64,000 nucleotides of DNA, taken from Candidatus Acidiferrales bacterium (GTDB taxonomy: Bacteria; Acidobacteriota; Terriglobia; Acidiferrales; UBA7541). Positions 53,532 to 62,774 of the stretch are shown piece after piece. Each line of letters opens with the position of its first letter. Position 1 is the stretch's first letter. The notes under the pieces were generated by a model, which was not told the DNA's origin, made no database searches, and was given only the letters and a program-made list of their open reading frames with translations. The stretch is taken from assembly GCA_963783955.1 (NCBI GenBank), contig CAWAPN010000010.1:13779-77778 (forward strand). The letters are read 5' to 3'. A program made the translations under genes and the position numbers.

Positions 53532-54608
53532 ATGGCCCTCCATGACTCCAGTTTGACACGCAAAGAACTCTTCCTCAGGGCCTGCCGTTGCGAGCCTGTG
53601 CCCCGCCTTCCCGTCTGGATGATGCGCCAAGCCGGCCGCTACTTGCCGGAATACCGGGAAATCCGTGCAAAACATTCCTTCTTGGAGGTCTGCAAGACTC
53701 CCGATCTGGCACTCGAGGTTTCCATCCAGCCGTTCCGCCGGCTGGGCGTCGACGCCATCATCATTTTCTCGGACATCCTGATCCCCGCCGAAGCCATGGG
53801 CCTTCGTCTGGAACTCGAGGACAACGGCCCCCACCTGCCCGAACCGGTCCGCTCTGCCCACGACGTAAAGAAGCTGCGCATCTTCGATCCGGAACGCGAA
53901 ACCGGTTTCCTGATGGAAGCACTGCGCCGCACGGTCGGGTATGCCGGGCCGGACGTCCCGGTTCTCGGCTTCGCCGCCTCCCCGTGGACCTTAGCCTGCT
54001 ACATGGTCGAGGGCCGCACCAAAGAAGGCTTCGGCACGGTAAAGAATTTTCTTTACAGCCAGCCTGCGGCCTTCCGCGAACTCCTGCATCGCATCGCCCA
54101 GGCCACGATCCTTTACCTGAAGGCCCAAATTGCGGCCGGAGTCACTGCCGTTCAGCTTTTTGACACCTGGTGTGGCGAACTGAATCTCAACGATTACGCG
54201 GAATTCGTTCTTCCCGTCGTGCAGGAAGTCATATCCGGCCTGGGCGATTCCGTACCTGTCATCTATTACACGAAAGCTTCGCACCACCTTTTGCCTTCCA
54301 TCGTCAAGGCTGGCGCTAGCGTTCTCAGCGTCGACTGGCGCGTCTCCCTGAGCGAACTCCGCGCCCTCTCAGGCCCCCGCGTGGCGTTACAAGGCAATCT
54401 CGATCCCGCTATTCTTTTTGGTCCACACGAAACAATCCGCCACTCCACACTCGCGATCGCCACCGAACTCTCCGGCCACGGCCACATCTTGAACTTGGGC
54501 CACGGCATCCTGCCGCACACGCCAATCGAAAACGCGCAGCTTTTCATCCACACCGGCCAGCAAGCTCCGCTCCACGGGGCCCTCCCTGCGTCTCCCGCGG
54601 GTCCTTGA
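53532..54608 (+). CDS. hemE: Uroporphyrinogen decarboxylase
   Basis: Start at MALHDSSLTRKELFLRACRCEPVPRLPVWMMRQAGRYLPEYR (the canonical HemE N-terminus). FSDILIPAEAMG. Confidence 0.9.
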   Translation: MALHDSSLTRKELFLRACRCEPVPRLPVWMMRQAGRYLPEYREIRAKHSFLEVCKTPDLALEVSIQPFRRLGVDAIIIFSDILIPAEAMGLRLELEDNGPHLPEPVRSAHDVKKLRIFDPERETGFLMEALRRTVGYAGPDVPVLGFAASPWTLACYMVEGRTKEGFGTVKNFLYSQPAAFRELLHRIAQATILYLKAQIAAGVTAVQLFDTWCGELNLNDYAEFVLPVVQEVISGLGDSVPVIYYTKASHHLLPSIVKAGASVLSVDWRVSLSELRALSGPRVALQGNLDPAILFGPHETIRHSTLAIATELSGHGHILNLGHGILPHTPIENAQLFIHTGQQAPLHGALPASPAGP

Positions 54609-54694
54609 CCAATGCGAGCAAAATCCAAAATCGCCATTCCGAACGATGCCCATACAGGTGGGAATCCCTCTTTTCTCCCGAGGAGGACCTCGCC

Positions 54695-56107
54695 GTGCCG
54701 GTGACGAATCCCAATCACGACGAAATGCAGCGGGAACTCTCCGTCAGCGAGGACTTCGTCCATCGCTACAACCGCCCTGGACCGCGCTACACCAGCTATC
54801 CCACCGCTCCTGTTTGGGTGGACACATTCGGCCAGGCCGACCACGAAGCCGCCATGGCAGATGCCGACCGCAAAGGCTCTCCCGTTTCTCTTTACATGCA
54901 CCTTCCGTTCTGCGAGAGCCTCTGCCTGTTCTGCGCCTGCAACGTGATCATCCAGAAAGACAAACGCGTCACACCTCCGTATCTCGCAATCCTGAAAAAG
55001 GAGATCGATCGCGTCGCGCAAGGCGTTTCCGGCAGCCGGCGTGTTGTTCAATTCCACTGGGGCGGAGGCACTCCCACGTACCTGTCGCCGGAACAAATCG
55101 AAGATCTCTTCACCTACACCCGGGAACGTTTCCACTTCGCGCCGGACGCTGAAATCGGAGTCGAGATCGATCCTCGTGTCACTACGCCGGCCCACCTCCA
55201 AGCCCTTCGTCGCATGGGCTTCAACCGCCTCTCCATGGGCGTCCAGGATTTCAAGGAAGAAGTCCAGCAAGCCATTCACCGCATTCAGCCCTTCGAAGAA
55301 ACCCGCGATCTGATCGCGACGGCGCGCCAACTCGGCTTCGACAGCATCAACGTCGATCTCATCTACGGGCTTCCCTATCAGACCGCCGAAAGCTTCGCCC
55401 ACACCATCGATCAAATTGTCGCGCTCTCCCCCGATCGTATCGCTATGTTTAGCTACGCCCACGTGCCTTGGCTCAAAAAGCAGCAAGGCTCCTTTTTCGG
55501 GCATCTTCCCGAAGGCATGAAAAAGTTTGCTATCTTCCGCAGCGGTCTTTTGAAGTTCCTCGAAGCCGGCTATCTCTACATCGGTATGGACCACTTCTCC
55601 AAGGAAAACGACGAACTGGCCGTCTCTCAGCGTAACCGTACCCTGCACCGCAATTTTCAGGGCTACACCACCAAAGCCGGCGCAGACCTTTACGGCATGG
55701 GCATTACCGCCATCAGCGGCATTCAGGACACGTATGCCCAGAATTTCCGCGACATCCCCACATGGGAAAAGTCCGTCAATGAGCGCGGCATCGCCACCAT
55801 GCGCGGTTATCGCCTGTCGCAAGACGATCTCATCCGCCGCGAGGTCATCAGCCGGCTCCTCTGCCATACCATCATCATCAAAGAGGAAATCTCCCGCCAA
55901 TTCGCCATCGATTTTGATCAGTATTTCGCTTGCGAACTTGAGCACCTCAAAGCGCCTCGGGAAGACGGCCTCGTCATCGACAACGATCAGGAAATCCGCG
56001 TCACCTGGCTCGGCCGCATCTTCATACGCAATCTCGCCATGGTCTTCGACCCGTACCTTGAAAAACAGCAATTGGCTTCTCGCCCATTGTTTTCGAAAAC
56101 GCTGTAG
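54695..56107 (+). CDS. hemN: Oxygen-independent coproporphyrinogen III oxidase (radical SAM)
   Basis: GTG start with a GAGGAGGA Shine-Dalgarno 7 nt upstream. YTSYPTA, the radical-SAM cysteine triad HLPFCESLCLFCAC, and GGGTPTYL. Full HemN length. Confidence 0.85.
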   Translation: MPVTNPNHDEMQRELSVSEDFVHRYNRPGPRYTSYPTAPVWVDTFGQADHEAAMADADRKGSPVSLYMHLPFCESLCLFCACNVIIQKDKRVTPPYLAILKKEIDRVAQGVSGSRRVVQFHWGGGTPTYLSPEQIEDLFTYTRERFHFAPDAEIGVEIDPRVTTPAHLQALRRMGFNRLSMGVQDFKEEVQQAIHRIQPFEETRDLIATARQLGFDSINVDLIYGLPYQTAESFAHTIDQIVALSPDRIAMFSYAHVPWLKKQQGSFFGHLPEGMKKFAIFRSGLLKFLEAGYLYIGMDHFSKENDELAVSQRNRTLHRNFQGYTTKAGADLYGMGITAISGIQDTYAQNFRDIPTWEKSVNERGIATMRGYRLSQDDLIRREVISRLLCHTIIIKEEISRQFAIDFDQYFACELEHLKAPREDGLVIDNDQEIRVTWLGRIFIRNLAMVFDPYLEKQQLASRPLFSKTL

Positions 56108-56129
56108 TTTCAAGCTTTAATTCGCCGGT

Positions 56130-56229
56130 CTTAAGATTTTGAATTTTGTGTTTTGAGTTACAGTGGCAGGCCGGCTCTGAGGAACTTAAGACTTAGAACT
56201 TAAGACTTAGAACTTAAAACTGAGAACCT
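56130..56229 (+). repeat. AT-rich heptad-repeat tract in the hemN-hemY spacer
   Basis: Block 1, 56137-56157: TTTTGAA TTTTGTG TTTTGAG. Block 2, 56183-56229: AACTTAA GACTTAG AACTTAA GACTTAG AACTTAA AACTGAG AACCTCG (the 14-mer AACTTAAGACTTAG occurs twice exactly). GTTTTGAGTT (56150-56159) can pair with AACTTAAAAC (56211-56220). Confidence 0.75.
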
Positions 56230-56235
56230 CGATCC

Positions 56236-57633
56236 ATGTCCACCCAAGTTCAAGCCCTGGTCGTCGGCGCGGGCATTTCCGGTCTGACGGCGGCGTATGC
56301 TCTGAAGAAATCCGGCATCGCCACGATCCTCTTCGAAGCGTCTTCGCGTCCCGGTGGCGTGATCCAATCCAACCAACGCGAAGGCTTTCTCGTCGAATGC
56401 GGCCCGCAGAGTTTCAGCGGGCACGCCAGCATCACGTCTCTCTGCCACGATTTGGGCCTACTGGACCAGCGTATCCTGGCCGATCCGCAAGCCCCGCGCT
56501 ATATCCTGATGAACGGCAAACTCCGAAGCGTGCCCATGGGCCCGGGCTTGCTCGCGTCTCCCTTCCTGAGCGGCGGCACACGCTTCGCCATGCTTCGCGA
56601 TCTCCTAGGTTCCAGCCACGCGCCGGAAGCAGATGAATCCATTGCCGATTTCGTCCGCCGCAAATTCACTCCCGCCCTTCTTGACCGCCTCGTCGGCCCG
56701 TTCGTCTCCGGCGTTTACGCCGGAGATCCCGAAAAACTCAGCCTCCGCGCCGCGTTTCCCATCCTTCACGAAGCGGAGACCGCCAAAGGCAGCTTGATTC
56801 GTGGTGCCATCGCCATCCGAAAAGCACGCAAAGCCAAACGCGGAGCCGCACCGCTAGAAAAACCCACCTTGCAATCCTTTCGCGAAGGGAACGAAACTCT
56901 GGTCCGCGCCCTGGCGAGAAATCTGGATGACCAACTCTTCTGCAATGTCGAGGTCATAGCCGTCGACGCGCTCGACTCCGGCCATGACGCCGCGGCGGCT
57001 CGTTTCCACCTCACGCTCAATACTCCCCGCGGCGAAGAACGCATCGAAGCCGAACGCCTGGTCCTCGCCTGTTCGCCGCAAAGCGCGGGGCGCGTCCTCA
57101 TGCGCCTCAATCCCAAATTCGAGTCAGAACTAGCGGCCATCGAATCTGTGCCGGTCGCGGTTGTTTCTTTGGGTTATCGCCAGACGGATGTGGGTCACAG
57201 GCTGGACGGCTTTGGCTTTCTTGTCCCGCGTTCCTGCGGTCTGAACGTCCTCGGCACCATCTGGAATTCTTCTCTTTTCCCGGGGCGCGCCCCCGAAGGC
57301 CACGTCCTCCTCACGAGCTTCGTCGGCGGGGCCACCAATCCGGCCATGGTGCAGAACTCGCCCGAGGAACTGAGCTCCCTCATCCACCGGGAAATCGCTC
57401 CAGTGCTTTCCATTCGAAACCCACCCGTCTTTTCGCATGTGGCGGTGTGGCCGCGCGCGATTCCTCAATACAATGTCGGCCACACCGCCCGCCTAGTCGC
57501 AGTCGAAAAACTGCGCGCCGCTTTTCCCGGCCTTCATTTCGCCGGCAACTACCTTCACGGTCCAGCCATTGGCACATGTATTGAACACGCCCTCAAAATC
57601 GCCGACGAAATCCGCATCAGCTTCGCCAACTGA
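56236..57633 (+). CDS. hemY: HemY-type FAD-dependent protoporphyrinogen/coproporphyrinogen oxidase
   Basis: 465-aa ORF. Dinucleotide fold VVGAGISGLTAAYAL. HemY-like length and C-terminus FAGNYLHGPAIGTCI. Confidence 0.85.
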   Translation: MSTQVQALVVGAGISGLTAAYALKKSGIATILFEASSRPGGVIQSNQREGFLVECGPQSFSGHASITSLCHDLGLLDQRILADPQAPRYILMNGKLRSVPMGPGLLASPFLSGGTRFAMLRDLLGSSHAPEADESIADFVRRKFTPALLDRLVGPFVSGVYAGDPEKLSLRAAFPILHEAETAKGSLIRGAIAIRKARKAKRGAAPLEKPTLQSFREGNETLVRALARNLDDQLFCNVEVIAVDALDSGHDAAAARFHLTLNTPRGEERIEAERLVLACSPQSAGRVLMRLNPKFESELAAIESVPVAVVSLGYRQTDVGHRLDGFGFLVPRSCGLNVLGTIWNSSLFPGRAPEGHVLLTSFVGGATNPAMVQNSPEELSSLIHREIAPVLSIRNPPVFSHVAVWPRAIPQYNVGHTARLVAVEKLRAAFPGLHFAGNYLHGPAIGTCIEHALKIADEIRISFAN

Positions 57634-57741
57634 GTTCGCCTCTTCGTAGAAGCGGAGCGGTATCAAAACAAACGGCCTCCAAACCGAGCAGAATCCGCAT
57701 TTGCAGACCGCGGATTTCGTAAGTTCTTGGCCATCCGCAGT

Positions 57742-57768
57742 TGCGCAAAGCGCATAAATTTATTTTTT
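57742..57768 (+). terminator. Weak intrinsic terminator candidate after hemY
   Basis: TGCGC-AAA-GCGCA is a 5-bp stem, followed by TAAATTTATTTTTT. The stem is short, so confidence is low. Confidence 0.3.
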
Positions 57769-57790
57769 GCAGTTTTGTGAAGCCAGGACC

Positions 57791-58339
57791 TCAACGCTTC
57801 GCTTGAGACCGCAGCGCCAGCCGCATCTCTCGCCGCTTCGCTGCCTCTTTCCAGCGCCGTTTCTCCTCGGCGGTCTTTACGATCAACGGCGGCACCAGCT
57901 TCGGCTTCCTCGTATGCTCGTCAATCGCCACAAACGTTACATACGCCGACGTTGTGTGCTTCTTCTCTCCCGTCAAAATATCCTCGGAATACACGTCCAC
58001 GCCGATCTCGAGCGAGGTGTGAAACACGCGATTCACGTGCGATTTCAAAATCACAATCTCTCCCAGATTCACCGGGTTCCGGAAGTCAATCGAATCGACC
58101 GACGCCGTCACCATATAACTGTTGGCATGTCGGCTCGCAGCCATAGCCGCCACGATGTCCACCAAGTGCATCACGTGCCCGCCCAGCAGTTTCCCTAGAG
58201 GATTCGTCTGCGCCGGCAATACCACCTCCGCCATCTCCGAAGCCGAAGCGCTCACCGGTTTGCCCTTTAACGGTTCTTCTCGAAACTTTCCCATCACATT
58301 CTTGCCTGATCGTGGCATCTCGCCCCTCTTCCCCTTCAT
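57791..58339 (-). CDS. Acyl-CoA thioesterase (hotdog fold, YciA/acyl-CoA hydrolase-like)
   Basis: Start at MKGKRGEM. VLPAQTNPLGKLLGGHVMHLVDIVAAMAASRHA...VTASVDSIDFRNPV...HTSLEIGV is the hotdog thioesterase signature. Confidence 0.8.
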   Translation of the reverse strand: MKGKRGEMPRSGKNVMGKFREEPLKGKPVSASASEMAEVVLPAQTNPLGKLLGGHVMHLVDIVAAMAASRHANSYMVTASVDSIDFRNPVNLGEIVILKSHVNRVFHTSLEIGVDVYSEDILTGEKKHTTSAYVTFVAIDEHTRKPKLVPPLIVKTAEEKRRWKEAAKRREMRLALRSQAKR

Positions 58340-58382
58340 TTTGGGTGTTTTCGCAGCACAACGTATAATACGGGACGCACCC

Positions 58383-58706
58383 ATGACCCAACAAAAGAAA
58401 ACCCGTCGCGAGCTCTTGGCGGAGTTCCTCGCCAAGAATCCAAACGATGCGTTCACCCTCTACGGCTTGGCCCTTGAATGCGTCAACTCGGGGGATTTTT
58501 CCGCCGCCGAACCTCACTTCCGCGCCTTGCTTCAATCCAATCCCGATTATGTCCCCGGCTACCAGATGTACGCGCAAAACCTAGCCCAACGCAATCGCTC
58601 CGACGAAGCCAAAGCCATCCTGGCCCAAGGCATCCAAGTCGCCACCCGCGCCAACAACCAACACGCTCTGTCCGAAATGCAAGGCCTCCTCTCCGAATTG
58701 TCGTAG
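58383..58706 (+). CDS. Small TPR-like repeat protein
   Basis: 107 aa from MTQQKKTRRELLAEFLAKNPNDAFTLYGLALECVNSGDFSAAEPHFRALLQSNPDYVPGY, a TPR-like helical hairpin pattern. Confidence 0.55.
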   Translation: MTQQKKTRRELLAEFLAKNPNDAFTLYGLALECVNSGDFSAAEPHFRALLQSNPDYVPGYQMYAQNLAQRNRSDEAKAILAQGIQVATRANNQHALSEMQGLLSELS

Positions 58707-58840
58707 CGCCGTGCCTGGAGACTGGCGTCCCGGGTTTGCCTTCTCTAATCCGCCACAGAGGCTCAACTCCTTTGCACAGCCACTCCTGGCTTAGCTCTTG
58801 GGTCTTGCTCTCCTGTGTTATCTTTTTCGCCGGAGAAATA

Positions 58841-60385
58841 ATGCCCAGTCCGGCCGCTCTACGCGAACAAGCCCACGCCGCCGAATCCCGCCTCGCCTGG
58901 GCTATTGGCTTTCTCGGCTTCCTTCTGCAAATGCTCTTCAACGGCCGCTACGGCTACTTCCGCGATGAACTCTATTTCATCGCCTGCAGCAATCACCTCG
59001 CCTTCGGCTACGTCGATTTCGCCCCCTTGCTTGCTTGGCTCGTGCGCGGTTTTCGCATCGTCTTCGGCGACTCTCTCCACGCCATTCGCCTGCTTCCCGC
59101 GCTGTCGTTTGGCGCCGAAGTCGCCCTTTCCGGCTTCATTACCCGCGAACTCGGCGGCAAACGCTGGGCCATCTTCCTCGCCTGCGTTTCCGTCCTGCTC
59201 GCTCCCGTGATTCTTGGCAACGGCACGCACGTGGCCATGAATCCCATCGAGCCTCTGTTCTGGATGGGTACGATCTACGTTCTACTTCTGGCGTTGAACC
59301 GCGAGCAGCCCAAGCTCCTGCTCTGGTGCGGCGTGCTCTTGGGGTTTGGCCTCCTCAATAAGCACTCAACGATCTTCTTCATCGCCGCACTCGTCGTTGG
59401 GCTGCTGCTCTCCCCGCAACGCCGCCTGCTGTCGAGCAAATGGTTTTGGATCGCCGCAGCCATCGCGTTCTGCATCGCCCTTCCCAACGTCATCTGGCAA
59501 TACGTTCACCATTTCCCCACCCTCGAGGACCTGCGCAACGTCAAGGCCACTCACAAAAATGTCGAACTTCCTCCGCTGGCCTTCTTTCAACAGCAAATGG
59601 GGATGTTGAACCCCTATACCTCGTTCGTTTGGCTGACGGGCGTCCTCTATCTTTTGTTCCATCCCGGCGCAAAGCGCTTGCGCTTCCTTGCTTACAGCTA
59701 TCTCGTTTTTCTGGCCGTGATGATGGCGCTCAAGGGCAAAGACTATTATCTCGCCCCGATCTACCCCATGCTCTTTGCCGCCGGCGCGGTGCTCTGGGAG
59801 ACGGTCACGGAAGCCCGCCTGCACTGGCTGCGCTACGCCATCCCGGCCGTCGTGATTTCTCTTGGCATCATCGCCGCACCCTTGGCCATGCCCATTCTTC
59901 CGCCCGAAAAGATTCCGGCCTACATGTCCGCCCTCGGCATCAAAATGACGCACACGGAAAACGGCATGGTCAGCCCCTTGCCCCAGCATTTCGCCGATCA
60001 ATTCGGCTGGCAGGAAATGGTTGCCAAAGTCGCCGGAGTCTACAATTCCCTTCCCGCCGACCAGCGGGCAAAAACCGCCATTCTCGCCGGTAACTACGGC
60101 GGAGCCGGCGCCATCGACTTTTTCGGCCCGCGCTACGGCTTGCCGAAATCGATCAGCGCTCACCAGAATTACTATTATTGGGGACCGCGCGAATACACCG
60201 GAGAAAGCGTCATTCTCCTCGAATGGAGTCTGGAAGACGCGCAGAATTGGTGCGGTTCCGTGGACGTTGGCCCGCACAACCATCCGCCTCTGGGCATGGG
60301 CTGGGAACAGTACGACATCCTGCTTTGCCACAATTTCAAAATGCCTCTGTCAGAGGCCTGGCCCAGGCTCAAGACCTGGAACTGA
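58841..60385 (+). CDS. Glycosyltransferase family 39 (ArnT/PMT-like) membrane protein
   Basis: Start at MPSPAALREQ. The N-terminal GYFRDELYFIACSNHLAFGYVDFAPLL motif and about 10 TM segments are typical of GT-C family 39 enzymes. Confidence 0.7.
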   Translation: MPSPAALREQAHAAESRLAWAIGFLGFLLQMLFNGRYGYFRDELYFIACSNHLAFGYVDFAPLLAWLVRGFRIVFGDSLHAIRLLPALSFGAEVALSGFITRELGGKRWAIFLACVSVLLAPVILGNGTHVAMNPIEPLFWMGTIYVLLLALNREQPKLLLWCGVLLGFGLLNKHSTIFFIAALVVGLLLSPQRRLLSSKWFWIAAAIAFCIALPNVIWQYVHHFPTLEDLRNVKATHKNVELPPLAFFQQQMGMLNPYTSFVWLTGVLYLLFHPGAKRLRFLAYSYLVFLAVMMALKGKDYYLAPIYPMLFAAGAVLWETVTEARLHWLRYAIPAVVISLGIIAAPLAMPILPPEKIPAYMSALGIKMTHTENGMVSPLPQHFADQFGWQEMVAKVAGVYNSLPADQRAKTAILAGNYGGAGAIDFFGPRYGLPKSISAHQNYYYWGPREYTGESVILLEWSLEDAQNWCGSVDVGPHNHPPLGMGWEQYDILLCHNFKMPLSEAWPRLKTWN

Positions 60386-60723
60386 GGCTCAATTCCCAAA
60401 ACTCAGGGGGTGGCGTAGGGATATGGGACCCGGTTGGCGAACCAACGCAACCGGCCGCCGACATAGGAAAGAACAATCGACCGCCAGGCATTGGAAAGAA
60501 TGAGGAACGCCGACTGTTGTTTATTCACCTTCTCTTTTGCACCGACGGCGGGCTGTTTCCGGTGTAAAACGAAGGCTAGGCTGTAACTGCCCAAGTACAA
60601 GACAAAGTGGTGGCGAGCGTTTTTCATAGTGGTCTCACAATGAGATGTTCCGTTGAGCCCAGCAATCCGTCAATGAAGGAAGTCCTGTAGAAACAATGCA
60701 AAACGGCCGTAGGTCGACCTGTG

Positions 60724-60753
60724 GCTCAGGCCTTCCAGGCTGAGGCTTTTTTC
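60724..60753 (+). repeat. Copy B of the 30-nt hairpin plus T-tract element
   Basis: GCTCAGGCCTTCCAGGCTGAGGCTTTTTTC matches copy A (38635-38664) at about 25 of 30 positions, with a weaker stem and a T6 run. Confidence 0.55.
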
Positions 60754-60949
60754 AGAACCGGACGGATAATGGAGTCGGCGGCATTCCTAGAGACCTTTGT
60801 TGACTATCCGCCAAGCCATGGCGCTGCTAGTTTCTCGATTGAGCAAATCGAGAAGAATGTGGAAACCAGGTCGCAGGCGAAGATGGCAAAGCCCTAAGCA
60901 GCCGTTTAACGCAACTGGGGCTGTGTTGACCATCTCGGCGGATTGGTCG

Positions 60950-61075
60950 TCATCGCCCCTTGTTTGTTTCTACAACCTGCCACACGCGAATCAAGGCGGT
61001 CTGTTCGTGACCGTCCACTCGATAGTGCACAACGCGGAACAACTTACATTTGTTGATGCTGTGATTTGCTAGCAT
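60950..61075 (-). pseudogene. Toxin-like remnant (possible BrnT/DUF497 C-terminal fragment), copy 1
   Basis: 41-codon ORF MLANHSINKCKLFRVVHYRVDGHEQTALIRVWQVVETNKGR. It is homologous at DNA and protein level to 61430-61540 (HYQIDFGKEQTALISERQIVKEQK). The family call is tentative. Confidence 0.3.
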
Positions 61076-61103
61076 TGCGTTTGGCAGCCAGAAGGGAGCA
61101 ACA

Positions 61104-61418
61104 ATGCGTTGGTACCACTACGTGTCGTACTTTTTCGGGGGCGCATTGCTCGCGAACGCTTTGCCTCATCTGGGAAATGGGATTTCGGGCCATGCTTTCC
61201 AGAGCCCCTTCGCGTCACCTCCCGGGGTAGGCTTGTCCTCCTCGACCGTCAATGTCCTGTGGGGCCTCTTCAACCTCGCTATCGGCTATCTGCTCCTCTG
61301 TCGTGTCGGAAGCTTCAATCTGCGCAAGACCCAGCACGTGCTTGTTCTTGGAGCGGGCATGCTGATCATGTCGCTAATGCTTGCCCGCGCATTCGGGCGG
61401 TTCCACGGCGGACTGTGA
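61104..61418 (+). CDS. Small membrane protein, unknown function
   Basis: 104-aa ORF with 3 hydrophobic helices. AGGGAG lies 8 nt upstream of the ATG. It is flanked by the two toxin-like remnants. Confidence 0.45.
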   Translation: MRWYHYVSYFFGGALLANALPHLGNGISGHAFQSPFASPPGVGLSSSTVNVLWGLFNLAIGYLLLCRVGSFNLRKTQHVLVLGAGMLIMSLMLARAFGRFHGGL

Positions 61419-61575
61419 GCCGCTTGGTCAGTCGTCTCCGTTTTTGTTCCTTCACAATCTGCCGCTCGCTGATGAGCGCGGTTTGTTCTTTCCCGAAATC
61501 AATTTGATAGTGCAATCCGTCCGTCCGGCCGATGATTGCCCCGATGGCGGCATCGACGGTTTTTCCGCCGTGCAT
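61366..61575 (-). pseudogene. Toxin-like remnant (possible BrnT/DUF497 fragment), copy 2
   Basis: The ORF reads HGGKTVDAAIGAIIGRTDGLHYQIDFGKEQTALISERQIVKEQKRR. Compare the BrnT-type pattern AIGR..G....I.F......E....IS.R.A.K.ER. A stop lies upstream of the Met and no antitoxin partner is present. Confidence 0.3.
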
Positions 61576-61774
61576 GCTGACCCGGATGTGGTGGGCTGTT
61601 TACTGGGCATGCCGTGAGGATACCACGCGCATAAACGGTGCGGTCCAACGCCCTGCCGCGTAAAAGTCCAAACGCCGTTATTCGAGATGTTCTGGCCCAG
61701 TACGAACAGGCCTTCTTTCGGCTGTAGAATACACACTGGATAAGGGACAACTTGCAGTTGACTTGAGGTGGTGA

Positions 61775-62620
61775 GTGGACCGATTGGAAGCACATCGACA
61801 CTTCTACGCAGACTTAATCACGACGAGCGCAGGTGCAGGGAAGAACGAGCGGCTTAAAGTTGCATTTGCATCGACGCCGAGGGAGCGGTTTACGGGTGAC
61901 GGGCCGTGGAAGGTCTTTGCTGGAGGTAATTACGTCGAAACTCCCACCGACGACCCTGCATTCCTGTATCAAGACGTTGTCGTGGCTCTTGCCCCCGAAC
62001 GCCGAATCAACAACGGTCAGCCTGTTCTCCACGCAATTAATCTTGCAGCGCTCAATGTAAAGCAAGGGGAGAAGGTCCTTCACATCGGGGCCGGAACCGG
62101 TTATTACACGGCAGTGCTGGCGAGGCTCACAGGCGAGACGGGGACTGTTGTGGCTTATGAGATTGAACATGACCTAGCGCAGAAGGCTACGCAAAACCTT
62201 AGCGATTTTTCACATGTCACCGTGCACGAACGTTCAGGTTCACAAGCACCTCTGCCCGTTTGTGATGCGATTTACGTGAATGCGGCGGCGACCGCGCCCC
62301 TAAACGTTTGGCTAGACTCTCTGCAATTGAATGGTCGCTTGCTGTTTCCCCTGACACCGGCTGACGGCCCAGGAGGAATGCCCAGTGCGGGAGGCATGCT
62401 TCTTGTAGCGCGCAATGACACCGAGCGCTTTGATGCGCGGTTCGTCTCCCCCACGATGTTTGTCTCCTGCATGGGAGCACGCGATGAGGAGAATGCGCAG
62501 AAGCTGTCTATCGCATTCAAGCATGGCGATTTCCGAAACGTGCGGTCGCTTTGGCGCAATTCACAACCAGACGACACCTGTTGGTGCGCAGGTAACGGCT
62601 GGTGGCTTTCTAACGCCTGA
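61775..62620 (+). CDS. Protein-L-isoaspartate O-methyltransferase (PIMT)-family methyltransferase with a C-terminal extension
   Basis: GTG start after GAGGTGGTGA. SAM motif I VLHIGAGTGYYTAVLA. The post-I acidic residue in VVAYEIE. Motif AIYVNAAA. Confidence 0.8.
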   Translation: MDRLEAHRHFYADLITTSAGAGKNERLKVAFASTPRERFTGDGPWKVFAGGNYVETPTDDPAFLYQDVVVALAPERRINNGQPVLHAINLAALNVKQGEKVLHIGAGTGYYTAVLARLTGETGTVVAYEIEHDLAQKATQNLSDFSHVTVHERSGSQAPLPVCDAIYVNAAATAPLNVWLDSLQLNGRLLFPLTPADGPGGMPSAGGMLLVARNDTERFDARFVSPTMFVSCMGARDEENAQKLSIAFKHGDFRNVRSLWRNSQPDDTCWCAGNGWWLSNA

Positions 62621-62774
62621 TTAACCGCCGAGGTTCATACAAAGCGTTAGCCTCGGCATGGCTCGCCAAACCGCTCTTCCGGAGAGAATTCCGTTGCAGT
62701 TTTACGGTTCGGCGACAGACGAGCTGCCGACAAGGCTCGCAGGGAGACCTTCTCTAAATATTCTTGGCTGTAAG

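Noticed and set aside
54266-56113. 615-aa minus-strand ORF
   Set aside because: It is antisense to hemN (and the hemE tail). Its Gly/Ala/Asp/Val-rich shadow-frame composition contrasts with the plus-strand gene, which has an unambiguous radical-SAM signature.
56130-56229. Heptad and 14-mer repeats considered as a CRISPR-like or minisatellite array
   Set aside because: The units are 7-14 nt with no unique spacers and there are no cas genes, so it is not a CRISPR array. It is kept as a regulatory or structural repeat finding instead.
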